A DNA stretch of 64,000 nucleotides from Octopus vulgaris (taxonomy: Eukaryota), in contig OX597817.1 in the NCBI GenBank assembly GCA_951406725.2, forward strand, positions 71,672,001 to 71,736,000, given 5' to 3'. This document shows, in pieces, positions 39,636 to 51,902 of the stretch; position 1 is the stretch's first letter; each line of letters begins with the position of its first letter. A program made the position numbers and the translations under genes. The notes under the pieces are model-generated. The model saw only the letters and a list, made by a program, of their open reading frames with translations. It was not told the origin of the DNA and did no database searches.

Positions 39636-40599
39636 GAGAAATTTAACTGCTACTTCTAGCAAGTTTACTGGCTGTATCGGTGCTTCTAGTTGGGTGCGTT
39701 CTATTTATTTACATCTTTTAGTCTTTTTATATACCATGGGCTTCATTGTATAATGTATCTTTTATTAAGAACAATTGGATATTGTCTGAAGCAGACTTAG
39801 CTGCTACTTCTAGCAATTCGAGCGTAAACACTTCCTGACGGTATCGTTGTTTTCATCGCATTACTACGTGTTATAAATTCATATCTATCTTTTATATTCT
39901 TTTTCTGCTACTAATTTAATTTATTAGAAATTCACCAAGGAATACACACGTAACGGATAGAAGTAAACTCTTACTGAATTGAAAAGTGTTTTAGAAAATA
40001 AAAAGACAATAATAATAAAACCATCAGAAATGATAATACAAAAAAAAAAGCAAAGAAAATAATAATACAATAAACTAATTCAGAAAAATAATCATAAAAA
40101 ATACATAAAAACCATAAACTAAAAATAAAGTTTATCTCAAGGTAATTTAGCGTTCTAAAATGGGGAAAATGTTTTATTTCGAGTCCATGGATATATAAAT
40201 TTCGAATGAAAAGTTATGAAGAACCTTTAAAGAGAAGTCAGTGCTGACAAACTTAAACCACTCACTCTCAAAAATAACCTACTCCCTCATACACGCACGT
40301 GTACACCCAGGTGCACTCACACGTATATATTATTCCATACGTGTATACAGAAACTAATAGATGTATACGAATGTATGCATACATTTAAGTATCTATGTAT
40401 ATATGTATGCATGTAGAGAAATACGCACACACACATACACACACATACACACATACATACATACATACATACATACATACATACATACATGCAATGCATA
40501 CGTATATGGAGCCATATAATAATGAAATTATCAATAAATAAATAAATAGACATTCTTAGAATACATAGGAAATATATGTTGAATAAAATTTAAACTTAC

Positions 40600-40660
40600 A
40601 GAGTGTTGTCATATTTTATTCTTGATATTACCCAAGGTATTAAAAATAGCAGTGGAAAGC
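40600..40660 (-). CDS. Class B1 (secretin/PTH receptor-like) GPCR, TM4-ECL2 exon (61 bp)
   Basis: tatttattttccAG|GC TTT CCA..ACT CT|GTaagt. Encodes (G)FPLLFLIPWVISRIKYDNT(L), the conserved G.P......W pattern. Phase 1 to 2, joins 30702-30771 in frame. Confidence 0.88.
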
Positions 40661-41883
40661 CTGGAAAATAAATACAAAACATTATAATATAATTCTGTAT
40701 AACACCATTTAGAAAAGAGCAGTAGAATATATTTTAACATTCAAATGTTGCCTAGGTCAATTTTGGCTATTTTCATTCTTCTCTAGGTCGATGGAATATG
40801 TATTAGAGAAGTTCAATATATTTCCCCACAAGTTCATGGGGTATGCGCTTATGTAATATATGACTACTATACTTATGAAGATATGCTATAGATTATCACA
40901 CTCACTAAAGGGCTAGAAAATATTCATTACATCCTGAGTCCTTAAATGAAAAGAAAAAAAACCCCAGAAGAGGTGGTTGCATTGAAATGCATTTGATAAT
41001 AGATCTCGATGCGGCGCCTTAATCAAATGTTGCCCATCTATGACCTTTTTCAAAGGCCACGTTATAAAAAATGGTCTTCTACTTTTCATGATGGTGCAGC
41101 ACGTCTTGATGAATATTTGACTCTTATTTATAACAGGAAGACTGCACAGAAAGAACCTTTTAACTGTTGGGATGAAATAGAAAGATGAGTTAATTGGATC
41201 ACAGAAAGAGGTCATAGTTTCAATACACCAATATGTGTTTATTGTTAAAAACAAATTAATCGGACACGATGGTTCGAAGAGAACAGCAAGAGAAGCCAAA
41301 GCTGTTTTTATGCAGTGGTGTAATTGTGGATTGCTTCTCTAGTTACGAGAACAAGAGAGAAATAGCGAAAGTGTGAGTTAGAGTGGTATACGAGCGCTGT
41401 TTGTTATAGTGTAATTCTAGAGTAAGTAGCAACACATATAGTTTGCTTGCAGCGCTTCATTCTTGACAAGTTTTACTAGCAAGTTCAACAGCTGACATGA
41501 TGCTCGTATATCTTCTTTCTATTCCCTTATCTGATCGTCGTCTCTGCCTTTTGGAAAGACTTTATGTGCCCTATACTGGATAATTTCCGGTTACCATAAT
41601 CAAGTGTATTCGTTAATATTAGATAGTTAATATTGTCCCTAACGTCAATTAGTCAATGTTGATATATATTCAAAGGAAACTAACAGTTAACTTCTTGACA
41701 ACATAATCAGAGTTTGCCTACCGAAAATTTCTCAACTGGGAAAAAACGATTTGCAGTTTCAAATATTAGGCTGATAGCTGCTATAAACTCATGTCAGTAT
41801 GTCTGCAGATAGCATCTAAGTATTCATAAACATTTTTTAAATGTTCAAATTAAGACTCTATGGGGATGGAACCATATCTTCTT

Positions 41884-42292
41884 TACTCTTTACTCTCTCT
41901 CTCTCTCTCTCTTACTTGTTTCAGTCATTTGACTGCGGCCATGCTGGAGTAACGCCTTTAGTCGAAAAAATCGACCCCCAGGACATATTCTTTGTAAGCC
42001 TAGTACTTATTCTATGGGTCTCTTTTGCCGAACTGTTAAGTTACAGGGACGTAAACAGACCAGCATCGGTTGTCAAGCGATGTTGAGGGCACAAACACAG
42101 ACACACACACACACACACACATATATATACGTATATACGACAGGCTTCTTTCAGTTTCCGCCTACCAAATCCACTCACAAGGCTTTGGTCGGCCCGAGGC
42201 TATAGTAGAAGACACTCGCCCAAGGTGCCACGCAGTGGGATTGAACCCGGAGCCATGTGGTTGGTAAGCAAGCTACTTATCACACAGCCACT
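41884..42292 (-). mobile_element. SINE family B, near full length
   Basis: Minus: ggctgtgtgataagtagcttgcttaccaaccacatgg..gggttcaatcccactgcgtggcaccttgggcgagtgtcttctactatagcctcgggcc (tRNA-like head, CORE-like block), internal TA/TG repeat, cagtcaaatgactgaaac tail. Confidence 0.9.
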
Positions 42293-42335
42293 ATGTAATG
42301 TAATTTGAGTTAATACCAAGGTTAACGTCTAAATA

Positions 42336-43810
42336 ATGGGTCATTCCATAATGCGTTTTTTACCTCCGCCAAGGAAGGAGGTTATGTTTTCATTGGCGTT
42401 GGTTTGTCTGACTCTTCGTCTGTGTGCAAAATAACTCAAAAAGCAGGAAAAGTTAGTAATGACACAAAGAACAGATGATAAAATTTTGGTAGTGATCCGG
42501 GATTTTTTATGGATTCTAAAAGGATTTTTCTTTTGTTATATTTACTTTACATAAAGTATTACAATGTTACGTTCTTTGATTATCTTCCTCGAAAACACAT
42601 CGTTTCCACGTAACCTATGGTGGCGTTGCTGTTTAGAGACAGTGTTGATAATGGCGATGGTCGAGATAAGTATGGGAGGAGGATAAAATAGTATCGGTGG
42701 TTATAATGGCGACAGGAGCGGTGTAATGTGTGATGCTGAGGTGATAGTGGTAATAGTGGTGTTGATGATAGTGTTAGTTGTGTGATGGTGGAATTGCAGT
42801 GGTTATATTGGCTGTGGTGGGGAAAGTGACTGTCAAGGTAATCGTCATTATAACATTGATGGCGGTGTATGTGGCTGAAGTGGAAGCAATGACAATGCTG
42901 CTGATGATGTTGGTGGTTGTGAACTGCTTCAAATGATTCCTGTTTTTAAAGGTTTTTTTCTTAAAATCATATGGCTGCGTTATTTTTCTACCCCCGCTAA
43001 GGAAGTTGGTTTGGAAAATTGGGCGATTTTCAGCATGCGTGCATATGGGTGGAAATGAGCTGCTTGGCGGAAGTCTGCACTCTCCGAGTGCTTTTCTAGT
43101 TTATATTTGTCTTATTTTTCAAAATTAATATAAAAAAGTTATTTTTTAAATCTAAAATATGCACTCCTTCATTTTCTACAATATTCTTCCATGTATCTGG
43201 TATACTTGCAAGGCCCCTCTTGGAATGTCATTCTCGCTGTATGTGGCCGAGCATTATCCTGATAGAAGAACACTTTTCCTCTTGAAACCAAAGGTGGTCA
43301 TTTTCAATTGGCACACATATATCTAAAGATGGTTGAATGACCAAATCCAAGCTTCTCTGCAAGTTCCTCAATATTTACGGTGGGATTTTTTTCCACCAGA
43401 ATTTGCAGGACGTTCTCATCGAGCTCTACAGATCTTCCAGGACGAGGCTCATCTTCTAGGCTGTGGTTTTAGGTTCGGAATTTCTTGAATCGCCATTGAC
43501 ACTGGCTTACGCTTACTGCCCGACTCCCATATATTGCATTAATATTTCTCGCACTTTCCGTTGCCTTGTTGCCTTTATTGAACTCATAAAACAAAATATG
43601 CCGAATATGCTTCTTTGACAATTCTATTATAGCTTTAAAATAATAACTGTTAAAATTGAACTGCACTCTTCAAAATTTGCTTTAAGAATAAGTACAAGTT
43701 AAAATTACTACCTGCTTTTATAGCAAGTTGATGCAGGCAGGTTATCACGTACCCCTCCAGCTTTTAGTTCATACAATTGAAAAAATCGCATTATTTATGG
43801 GATGACCCAG
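42336..43810 (-). mobile_element. Internally deleted mariner fossil with both TIRs, interrupted by a HINE-like element
   Basis: TA|ATGGGTCATTCCATAATGCG ... CGCATTATTTATGGGATGACCCAG|TA. Transposase N-terminus ELSKKHIRHILFYEFNKG..FKKFR..EDEPRPGR. Confidence 0.85.
42356..43099 (+). mobile_element. Helentron-associated non-autonomous element (HINE/DINE-1-like)
   Basis: T-run insertion site; subterminal IRs CCTCCGCCAAG (42363) / CTTGGCGGAAG (43063); 3' hairpin GCACTC-TCC-GAGTGC; ends TTTTCTAG|TT. Confidence 0.75.
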
Positions 43811-45594
43811 TACATCATACATGCCCAGCAAGTTTGGGGAAAGGTGAAGTCGACCTCGTGGGGATTTGAACTCAAACCACGAGGACGTATGAAATACAGC
43901 TAAGCATTTTGGCCGGTGTGCTAACGATTCTGCCAGCTCGATAACAATAATAACAAGAAATATTAAAGACTATTGAAGAATTGCACACGTTTTTTTTTGT
44001 TATTTCTTCACTTCTGTGAATTCTTCGTATAAAGATGCTGATCTCAACTAAGAATCACTGCTCCTTCGTGGGTATTTATATCTTTTACTTTTATTTGTTT
44101 TAATCATTAGATTGCGTCCATACCGTAGCACTATTTTAAAAAGTTGAGTTGACAAAATCCACAATACTACTTTAAAATCTAGTACTTATTCTATCATTTT
44201 CTTTTTGCCTAAACGCTAATTTACGAAGACGTGAACAAACCGTCTTACGTATATTAATTCATGAAAGAGAACTTCATTAACATGATATAACTCCATTCTG
44301 CAGTTCTCATATGACTGAATATGCATTAAATTCTCTCTTTTACAACATGTATTTTCTTTCTTGATGATCATCTGGTAAATCTTTAGGAATGCGGCGATCG
44401 AAAACATAGACACTGCTCTACATAAATTGATATCATAATTATCATCATTCATCATAATTATATTACATACCTGATGTCCGTGCGTGTATGCACATGCATG
44501 CGCAGAGGCACACACATATGTACATATGTGTGCGTACATTCGTGTGTACGTGTGTACGTATGTACTTTTACATATTTAACATATATCTATATCTATCAAC
44601 ATATGTATACATACATACATACGCGCGCACACACAAACACATACATACACACACACACACATAGTTTATAAATGAGAGACAGATATCCACTCTGTCAACA
44701 CCTCAAATGTAAAACTTCTTCCCCGAAGACAGAGGCCGGTATTACCCGAGAATAGGATAAATTTATAATCATTGTTTTGGACCACCAAGCCCCCAGAAAC
44801 AGCATTGATCCCGTAAAATTCTTATTCAACCCCTTTAATTCCTGATATCCTTTCTATTCTGTGTAAGTTGGAGATATGTACATCTTTTGTATTAAATGTT
44901 TTTGATATTTAATATTTAATAATTTTTGTATATCGACTTACCTAACTTGCTTATCCTTACATTTACTCCTCTCCCCGCTCTCTCTCTCTCTCTCTCTCTC
45001 CCACTCTCTCCCCATATATATATATAATCAGGTTAATGAAAGAAAAAGGAGACGAGGAAACTATATGTCGAGTCAGACAAGCAAAAACATACAACTGTAA
45101 ACATGTAGAAATATAAAGCTAACCGAAATAAAGCGATCAAAGAAATGCATAGTGAAGTTAAAAGCGCCAAATGAAGAAAAAAAAATAGAATCTCACGATT
45201 CAGCTGATCTTCCTCATCAAACATGTATTAAGAGAGACATGAAAAAAGTGAAAAACATGTACGGTGACAAATTTAAAATCTCTGCTTATATGGTCTGAGA
45301 CAGAAGTACAACCAACAGTTTTCATGTGCAAATATGACTTGGTAACATGTGTCATGCTTTCACTGGTTGTTTTAGGTACTTACGAGGTAGATGTGAGCAT
45401 AAACAAATACTCTCTTTGTGCCCTAAACATCGACCCAGCGGAATATCCAGGATGTAAGAACTGAATATAAGACTGTACCAGCATAGGGTTGGTATTTATT
45501 ACAGGTGGGTAGGTTATTCATCCACCCATTCCTTTTCACTCCCTACTATTCATGATTGGGAGCCATAGGGGTAGAGGCCGAAAGCATCTTCTAT

Positions 45595-45900
45595 TTAGGC
45601 CTTACCAGTAGTAACCGTCCCAACACTTTCCTGCTGGATTCCCAAGCATGACCAACTAAGACTATGGATATCATCCAACCACCACTTTCTAGGACTATTG
45701 TAAAGCATTCTGCCAGTTGGCTCGGCTTGAAGAATCTGCCTAGCAATCCTTTTCTACGATATATTAATCACTTCTCTGTATTACCAGAACTGTGACATGT
45801 CAATGCAGAAAAGTAGCGGGTCGACCTGGAGAGATTTTCTGATCTTCCAACTGTGTCGCTTATCAAATAAAGTTACTCCAGAATCCCCACCAAAAGTCCC
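45595..45900 (-). mobile_element. RTE-clade LINE C-terminal remnant
   Basis: ERIARQILQAEPTGRM..SPRKWWLDDIHSLSWSCLGIQ resembles the RTE 'G.R.RGRPR..W.D.I..L.W..LGI' motif. Confidence 0.6.
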
Positions 45901-46099
45901 ATATCGGCAATTTACATTCGCAATTGTATTATTTCAGTCATTATCCTACATTAATAAGTATACTAGAGAAACGTAAAATAAGGAACTTAGCTTATAGACA
46001 CAACTCATCTCTCCGTTCACAACATGGAACTTCGGAAACTTTACCGGTGAGTGTGTTAAATAACCGGGCACTAAAAGAGAATGACTAACCCCGGACACG

Positions 46100-46176
<77 letters not shown>

Positions 46177-46467
46177 AATATAGGATAAAATTTTTCGAAA
46201 GAAATTTTATCAATGGCCAGCATATTAAAAAATTCATTTAAAGGTAAAATTTATAAACAACTTATAAACAAGGAACAGGTAGGTGCGAAAGAAAAAAAAT
46301 AATAACGGAATTTTTTAGAAATTTCTGTCGGCTTTCTTCGAGACGCGTGCTTATAGTGATTAATTATATGGTTATGGACGATGTGTCTAATTTCGGCATA
46401 TTTGGCATTAGAAATTTTTTTCTATTGCCCTTTTTTATAAGTTGTATATATATATATATATATATAT

Positions 46468-46516
<49 letters not shown>

Positions 46517-46594
46517 ATATATTAATAAATAAAATAAAACATATGCTTATATATAAACATATATGTACGTACCTACCTCTACATGTACATATAC

Positions 46595-47335
46595 ACGCAT
46601 ATATGAGTACAGGACACCAAAAAGGACGTCGAACACAATGAGAAACGAAAACATAAACACAAACCAAAGGAAGTGGACATTTATTTATTTCAAAACAGCA
46701 AAAAAAAATAGAATACCGGACAATTAACACAAGGAAAAACCCCTTCTTCAGTCGCTAAAGCTTTCATCTACTTTACGTTTCGAAGGATAAAAGCGAGACG
46801 TATCTTCGACAAGAAAACTTTCCTTCCTGCGAAAAGCAAATCAATTAAAATTCTGAGATCTTTTCGCAGAGGGGTAAAAAATAGTAACAACAGGACAGTA
46901 ACGACAGTGCAAATTGTAAACAGTATAAGACAGGACAAGGAAAACAAGATAAGAAGGGCTGTTGACGCTGAACGAAAAAAAGTATTGCAAACGCAGAATT
47001 TTTTATGGACGACGAACGGAGGAAAAAGAGTGTCGTCTATTACCTTGAAAGAGCCAGGCGAGAGAGACAGCAGCGGAAGTGACGTCGCGGGTGAACGACG
47101 GGAAGGGGGGAAGAGGAGCAAGAGAAAGGGAGAGGAGAAGGGGAATGGCTGCGAGGAACAATGAAGAATTGGAGAGGGGGAGAGAGAGAGTGAAGAATGA
47201 GAGAGAGGAAGAGACAGGTTAAGTAGAGGAAAAGGAAAACAAAGAATGAAAGCTGAGAAAGGGATGGGACAGAAAGGTTAAGAGTGCGCGTGAGAGTTAA
47301 TATCAAGAACAAAAACTTGATATAAAGAACAATCT
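46595..47335 (-). mobile_element. Probable Penelope-like pseudo-LTR sequence
   Basis: Minus strand TTGTCGAAGA..TTCGAAACGTAAAG resembles the hammerhead-like motif family. Shares TGAGTACAGGACAC with the 13.7-kb hammerhead stem II. Set between microsatellites. Confidence 0.4.
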
Positions 47336-47845
47336 TATATATATATATATGCATACATATATATATATATACATATATATGCACACACACACACACACAC
47401 ACATATATATACATGTGTGTATGTGTGTGTATTATCACAGGAACATTTTCAGCATAGACATGCAAAACCTTTAAAAAGAACATAAATCTCTCACGTAATG
47501 TAAAATAATTACAAACAAGATTTAAAATTAGTAAACTCCCAAATAGAAATAAACATATTAAGAGATGCACGTGTAAACTAATGGTGCGGGCATTTGAGCA
47601 AAGTCATTATATTTAGATATATCATGTTTACAATAATGTTATTCCTCCCACGCATGCACATCGCATAAATGTGTGCAAAAAGTCCTTTATATGCCACACA
47701 AAGACGTAAATGTAGGCACGCACTAAGCCAATTTGGAGATATTGTTAAATACGTGTCAGTTGAAGAGTGACCAACAGAAGCTTATTTATAATATCTTTGA
47801 AACAGTCTCAACACCATAAATTTCACACACACACACACACACAAC

Positions 47846-47907
<62 letters not shown>

Positions 47908-47917
47908 CATACATAAA

Positions 47918-47953
<36 letters not shown>

Positions 47954-47957
47954 TACA

Positions 47958-48056
<99 letters not shown>

Positions 48057-48335
48057 ATACAATGTACGTTCGAACACATAAGAGATATCCAGAAAATAGG
48101 ATATCTGACTCACTAGAAAGAGCACTTTCGGAATTACAGCAATTAATGGCTTGGTGTTTAACTGTTCTTTCTAGTGAGTCAGATATCCGTTTTTTCTTAT
48201 CTCTTATGTGATCGAATGTACACTGTATTCTTCTTTGAATAATGTATAGTCTATTGACTAAATGTTTTCTTTCTCGCTAGACCACTGGTAGATAAGAATT
48301 TTTTCGATAAATATTCTTGCTACCCTGAGATTTTA

Positions 48336-48411
<76 letters not shown>

Positions 48412-48836
48412 CATATACATACATACATATGTATATGTATATATAAAGCCTTTTTGTATGTGCATGTGCTTCTATATATCAGTGTCAAAGCCAATTTTCA
48501 AAATAAACATTTCTTCTCTATTTATAGGGAACGCGACCATTTTCTTATTTGATTTCTTCTAATTCATAGATTATATGCTATTATATAGCTCTGAATTCTA
48601 ACTAATACGGAATACTGTGAACACTATGTAAGATTATACATGAGAACCAATAACATTTAAAATAACGAAATTTTCACTTGATGTATTTTAGATATAGAAT
48701 CAGATTGTGATATCCACTACCAGCATATGTATAAAGAAATACATTTGAAGGCCAGTCTCGGCTCTCCTTTTTGAGCAAAATATGTCTCAATACATACACG
48801 TCCGTGTATGTACTAAACGTAAGTTAATACACGCAC

Positions 48837-48886
<50 letters not shown>

Positions 48887-48890
<4 letters not shown>

Positions 48891-49040
48891 GAAATTTACA
48901 GAAAAACAAAAGACGAAGGCTGGTGTAGGAACAACAAGCATGTGTATTAGTTTGACGCTCTAGAAAAATGGAAGTCTTTTATGTTTCGAGCCTACGCTCT
49001 TCGACTGTAAGGAATAAGAGGAAATGAATAGAAAATGAAA
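48887..49040 (-). mobile_element. Penelope-like pseudo-LTR fragment
   Basis: Minus: CAGTCGAAGAGCGTAGGCTCGAAACATAAAAGAC..aaactaatacac..ttcgtcttttgtttttctgtaaatt. Confidence 0.7.
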
Positions 49041-49190
49041 AAAAACTGTTGGGTTCAGTAGTCCAACATGGCGAAAGATTTGCGACCAAACTTTAAATTA
49101 TTATGCCCAAATACAATTCGACTCAAATGTAACTGAGCATATAATATAAAAATTCTAATTTTCACACCTATGTTCCTAATTTTGGCTAGA

Positions 49191-49270
<80 letters not shown>

Positions 49271-50044
49271 GTGTGTGTGTGTGTGTAAATGTGTGGTAAC
49301 ATACACGACACATTTTTAATGGTTATCGGTTCAACAATAAACTCGTATATCGTACGTGCTATGTATTAAAGTATCAGATTGGTGGGTATGCTAAAGTGCA
49401 GATTGTAAGCCATACCATATAATAAAAACACAGAAAACGTTACTGGCATTTTTATGCATTAGTATACAGCTGATTGCAATAACTCTTTGCTGCTTTTCCT
49501 CGGTATTTTTAGGAGAAAATACATTTTAATTGGTGTACACGTTTATATACACATAGTGATGAAAACTATAGGTAGGAAAAGTGATAAAACCACAAACAGC
49601 AAATAAAAAATTAAATGGGAGTTGATATCTGCAGCATAGTGACAAGGAGAAACAGAAAGTTAAGTGAAATAAGGAGACCAGGAGAGAAAAAAATATACAT
49701 GACACAAGTTTTAATGCATTCATCAACATCAAAGAAAGCACCGTTGTGGTATTTTGCGCGATCAGGGTATGGAAATAGGGATAAAGATAATAGATGAATG
49801 TGAGGATATCTTCTATCAATGTTGTGTCATCTGATGATGCTCATGTTGTCAAAACCAGTTGCATCTATATGAATCTCTGAGTAATGGGACGCAAATTGGC
49901 CAAAACTAATTGTTGTAACAAATTTACTTTATGTAAAATACTGCGTTCCCGAAAAGTTACTTAGGAAGTAGAAATAATTGCAAATACACCTTTGCCAATA
50001 CATTTAAATACATACATACATATATGCATGCATACATACATACA

Positions 50045-50078
<34 letters not shown>

Positions 50079-50200
50079 CTCCTTCTCTCACAACCCCTAC
50101 AGAACACTTAGGGGTACCATACTGTAGTATACCTTGTGCATTTAGAACCTCTTAATACCTCTCCCTCTCTATCTCTCTCTCACACACTCTTTCTCTCTCT

Positions 50201-50251
<51 letters not shown>

Positions 50252-50274
50252 CCTATCTACCTATCTACCTATCT

Positions 50275-51108
50275 GTTTCTCCAATTTTGAACAGGAGTGA
50301 CTTCTAGAAAGATCCTGGTTGAATTGAAGCTCAAAGCGAGAAGAGAAAATTTTCGCTCCGGCAGGTTTAGACAGTTCTCACCTGTTACTTCTAGAGTACA
50401 AATGCGCACTCGCCGAATTTTTGTTTCCATGCAACATGACCGAATGCATTGAGCAGAAACCATAAACCCAAATCTCATCACAAGTAATGATCGTTTTCAT
50501 GAAGTCTGGGCCTCGGTTTTCACAGTCTAGCATGTCCTGAGCGATTTGCATGCGGAGTTGCTTCTACTGTGCCGGTAGCAGCTTTGAGACGAATTTCGCA
50601 ACACTTCCCATATACATTAATCCTCCGTTAAAATGGAATGCACTGAATTTGTGCTTATTCCCACTTCGTTAGAAATTTCCTGGATTGTTACACAACGGTC
50701 TTCCCCGACTATTCGTAGAACATTCTCCATCGGGTCCTCGTTTCGGCTTGTGGATGGCCTGCCTGAGCGTGCCTCTTTCTCTTTCCACTGAGGTACGGCC
50801 ATGTTTGAAGCGGTCTTACCACTCTTTGATCTGAGTTTTCCCCATGGCGTCATCGCCAAAGGCCTGCTGAATCTTCTGGGTAGCTTGAGCTTGATTATCA
50901 CGAAGCTTTTGCGAAAATGTGATAAAATATCTCTACTCGATGCGTTCGGTCATCTTGCCTTAAAACGAAAGTCCGATGAGCGAGCACTGCACGTATGTAT
51001 TCTAGACTCTAGACATAATAGTCGGTAAGTGATACCAAAGAATTTTGCCCACATGATATTAGTTCTGAGGGTAAAAAATATAGTCGAATACTTTTTGAAA
51101 GCAACTCG
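50275..51108 (-). mobile_element. Mariner transposon fossil (5' TIR plus frameshifted N-terminal transposase)
   Basis: TIR TA|CGAGTTGCTTTCAAAAAGTATTCGAC; RSGRPSTSRNED..GISTNSVHSILTED; KTIITCDEIWVYG. Confidence 0.85.
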
Positions 51109-51741
51109 TAAATGCCTACGTATGGTAGATATTTGTATACGCTGTCGTTGATAACGAACTGATGCTAAAATATTCTCATTTGACTTGAAATTATGACCGC
51201 TATCAACTAATGGAAATCACACGTACATTTACACACCCTCTGCTCCCATGCTACCCACAAACATTATATGTTCATGCATATATGTTTATTCGGAGATCTG
51301 TTTCTGTAATTCTTATCTTTCGCCATTGTCTTATCTAAGATGCTGTTTGTGTGCTTGTATATGTGTTCAAGTGTGCGAGTTCCTGTCTCCGTATTATTTA
51401 TAGCCATACGATTAAGCTTCTATTATTTCCATAAATTGCTATAAATAATCCAGCACACACACACTCACATACATACACTCACATTTATGTATAAACCTCG
51501 TCACGCACAACTTTTCAAATCTTACAACTTATAGTCTATATACAATGTGTGTATGTGTATGTATGTAAGTATTTATGTCTGTCTGTATGTATTTTTGGAT
51601 GTATGTTTGTGGACTTGTCTGTAAATCGTTGGCTGGATTAAAATCTCATAAAAGGCAGAGACATTAGAACTAAAACAAAAGAAAAAAACAAAAAAAAAAT
51701 ACTGCTAAACTCTTATACGTCGAAATCAACAGGAGAGTCCC

Positions 51742-51902
51742 ATGTATGTATGTATGTATGTATGTATGTATGTATGTATGTATGTATGTATGTATGTATG
51801 TATGTATGTATGTATGTATGTATGTATGTATGTATGTATGTATGTATGTATGTATGTATGTATGTATGTATGTATGCATGTATGTATGTATGTATGTATG
51901 CA
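51742..51902. repeat. (ATGT)n microsatellite, ~40 units
   Basis: Direct reading. Confidence 0.95.

Noticed and set aside
40950-41250. Possible Tc1-like transposase remnant (FHDGAA, NCWDEIER)
   Set aside because: Only two short motif resemblances and no TIRs found. Too degenerate to support.
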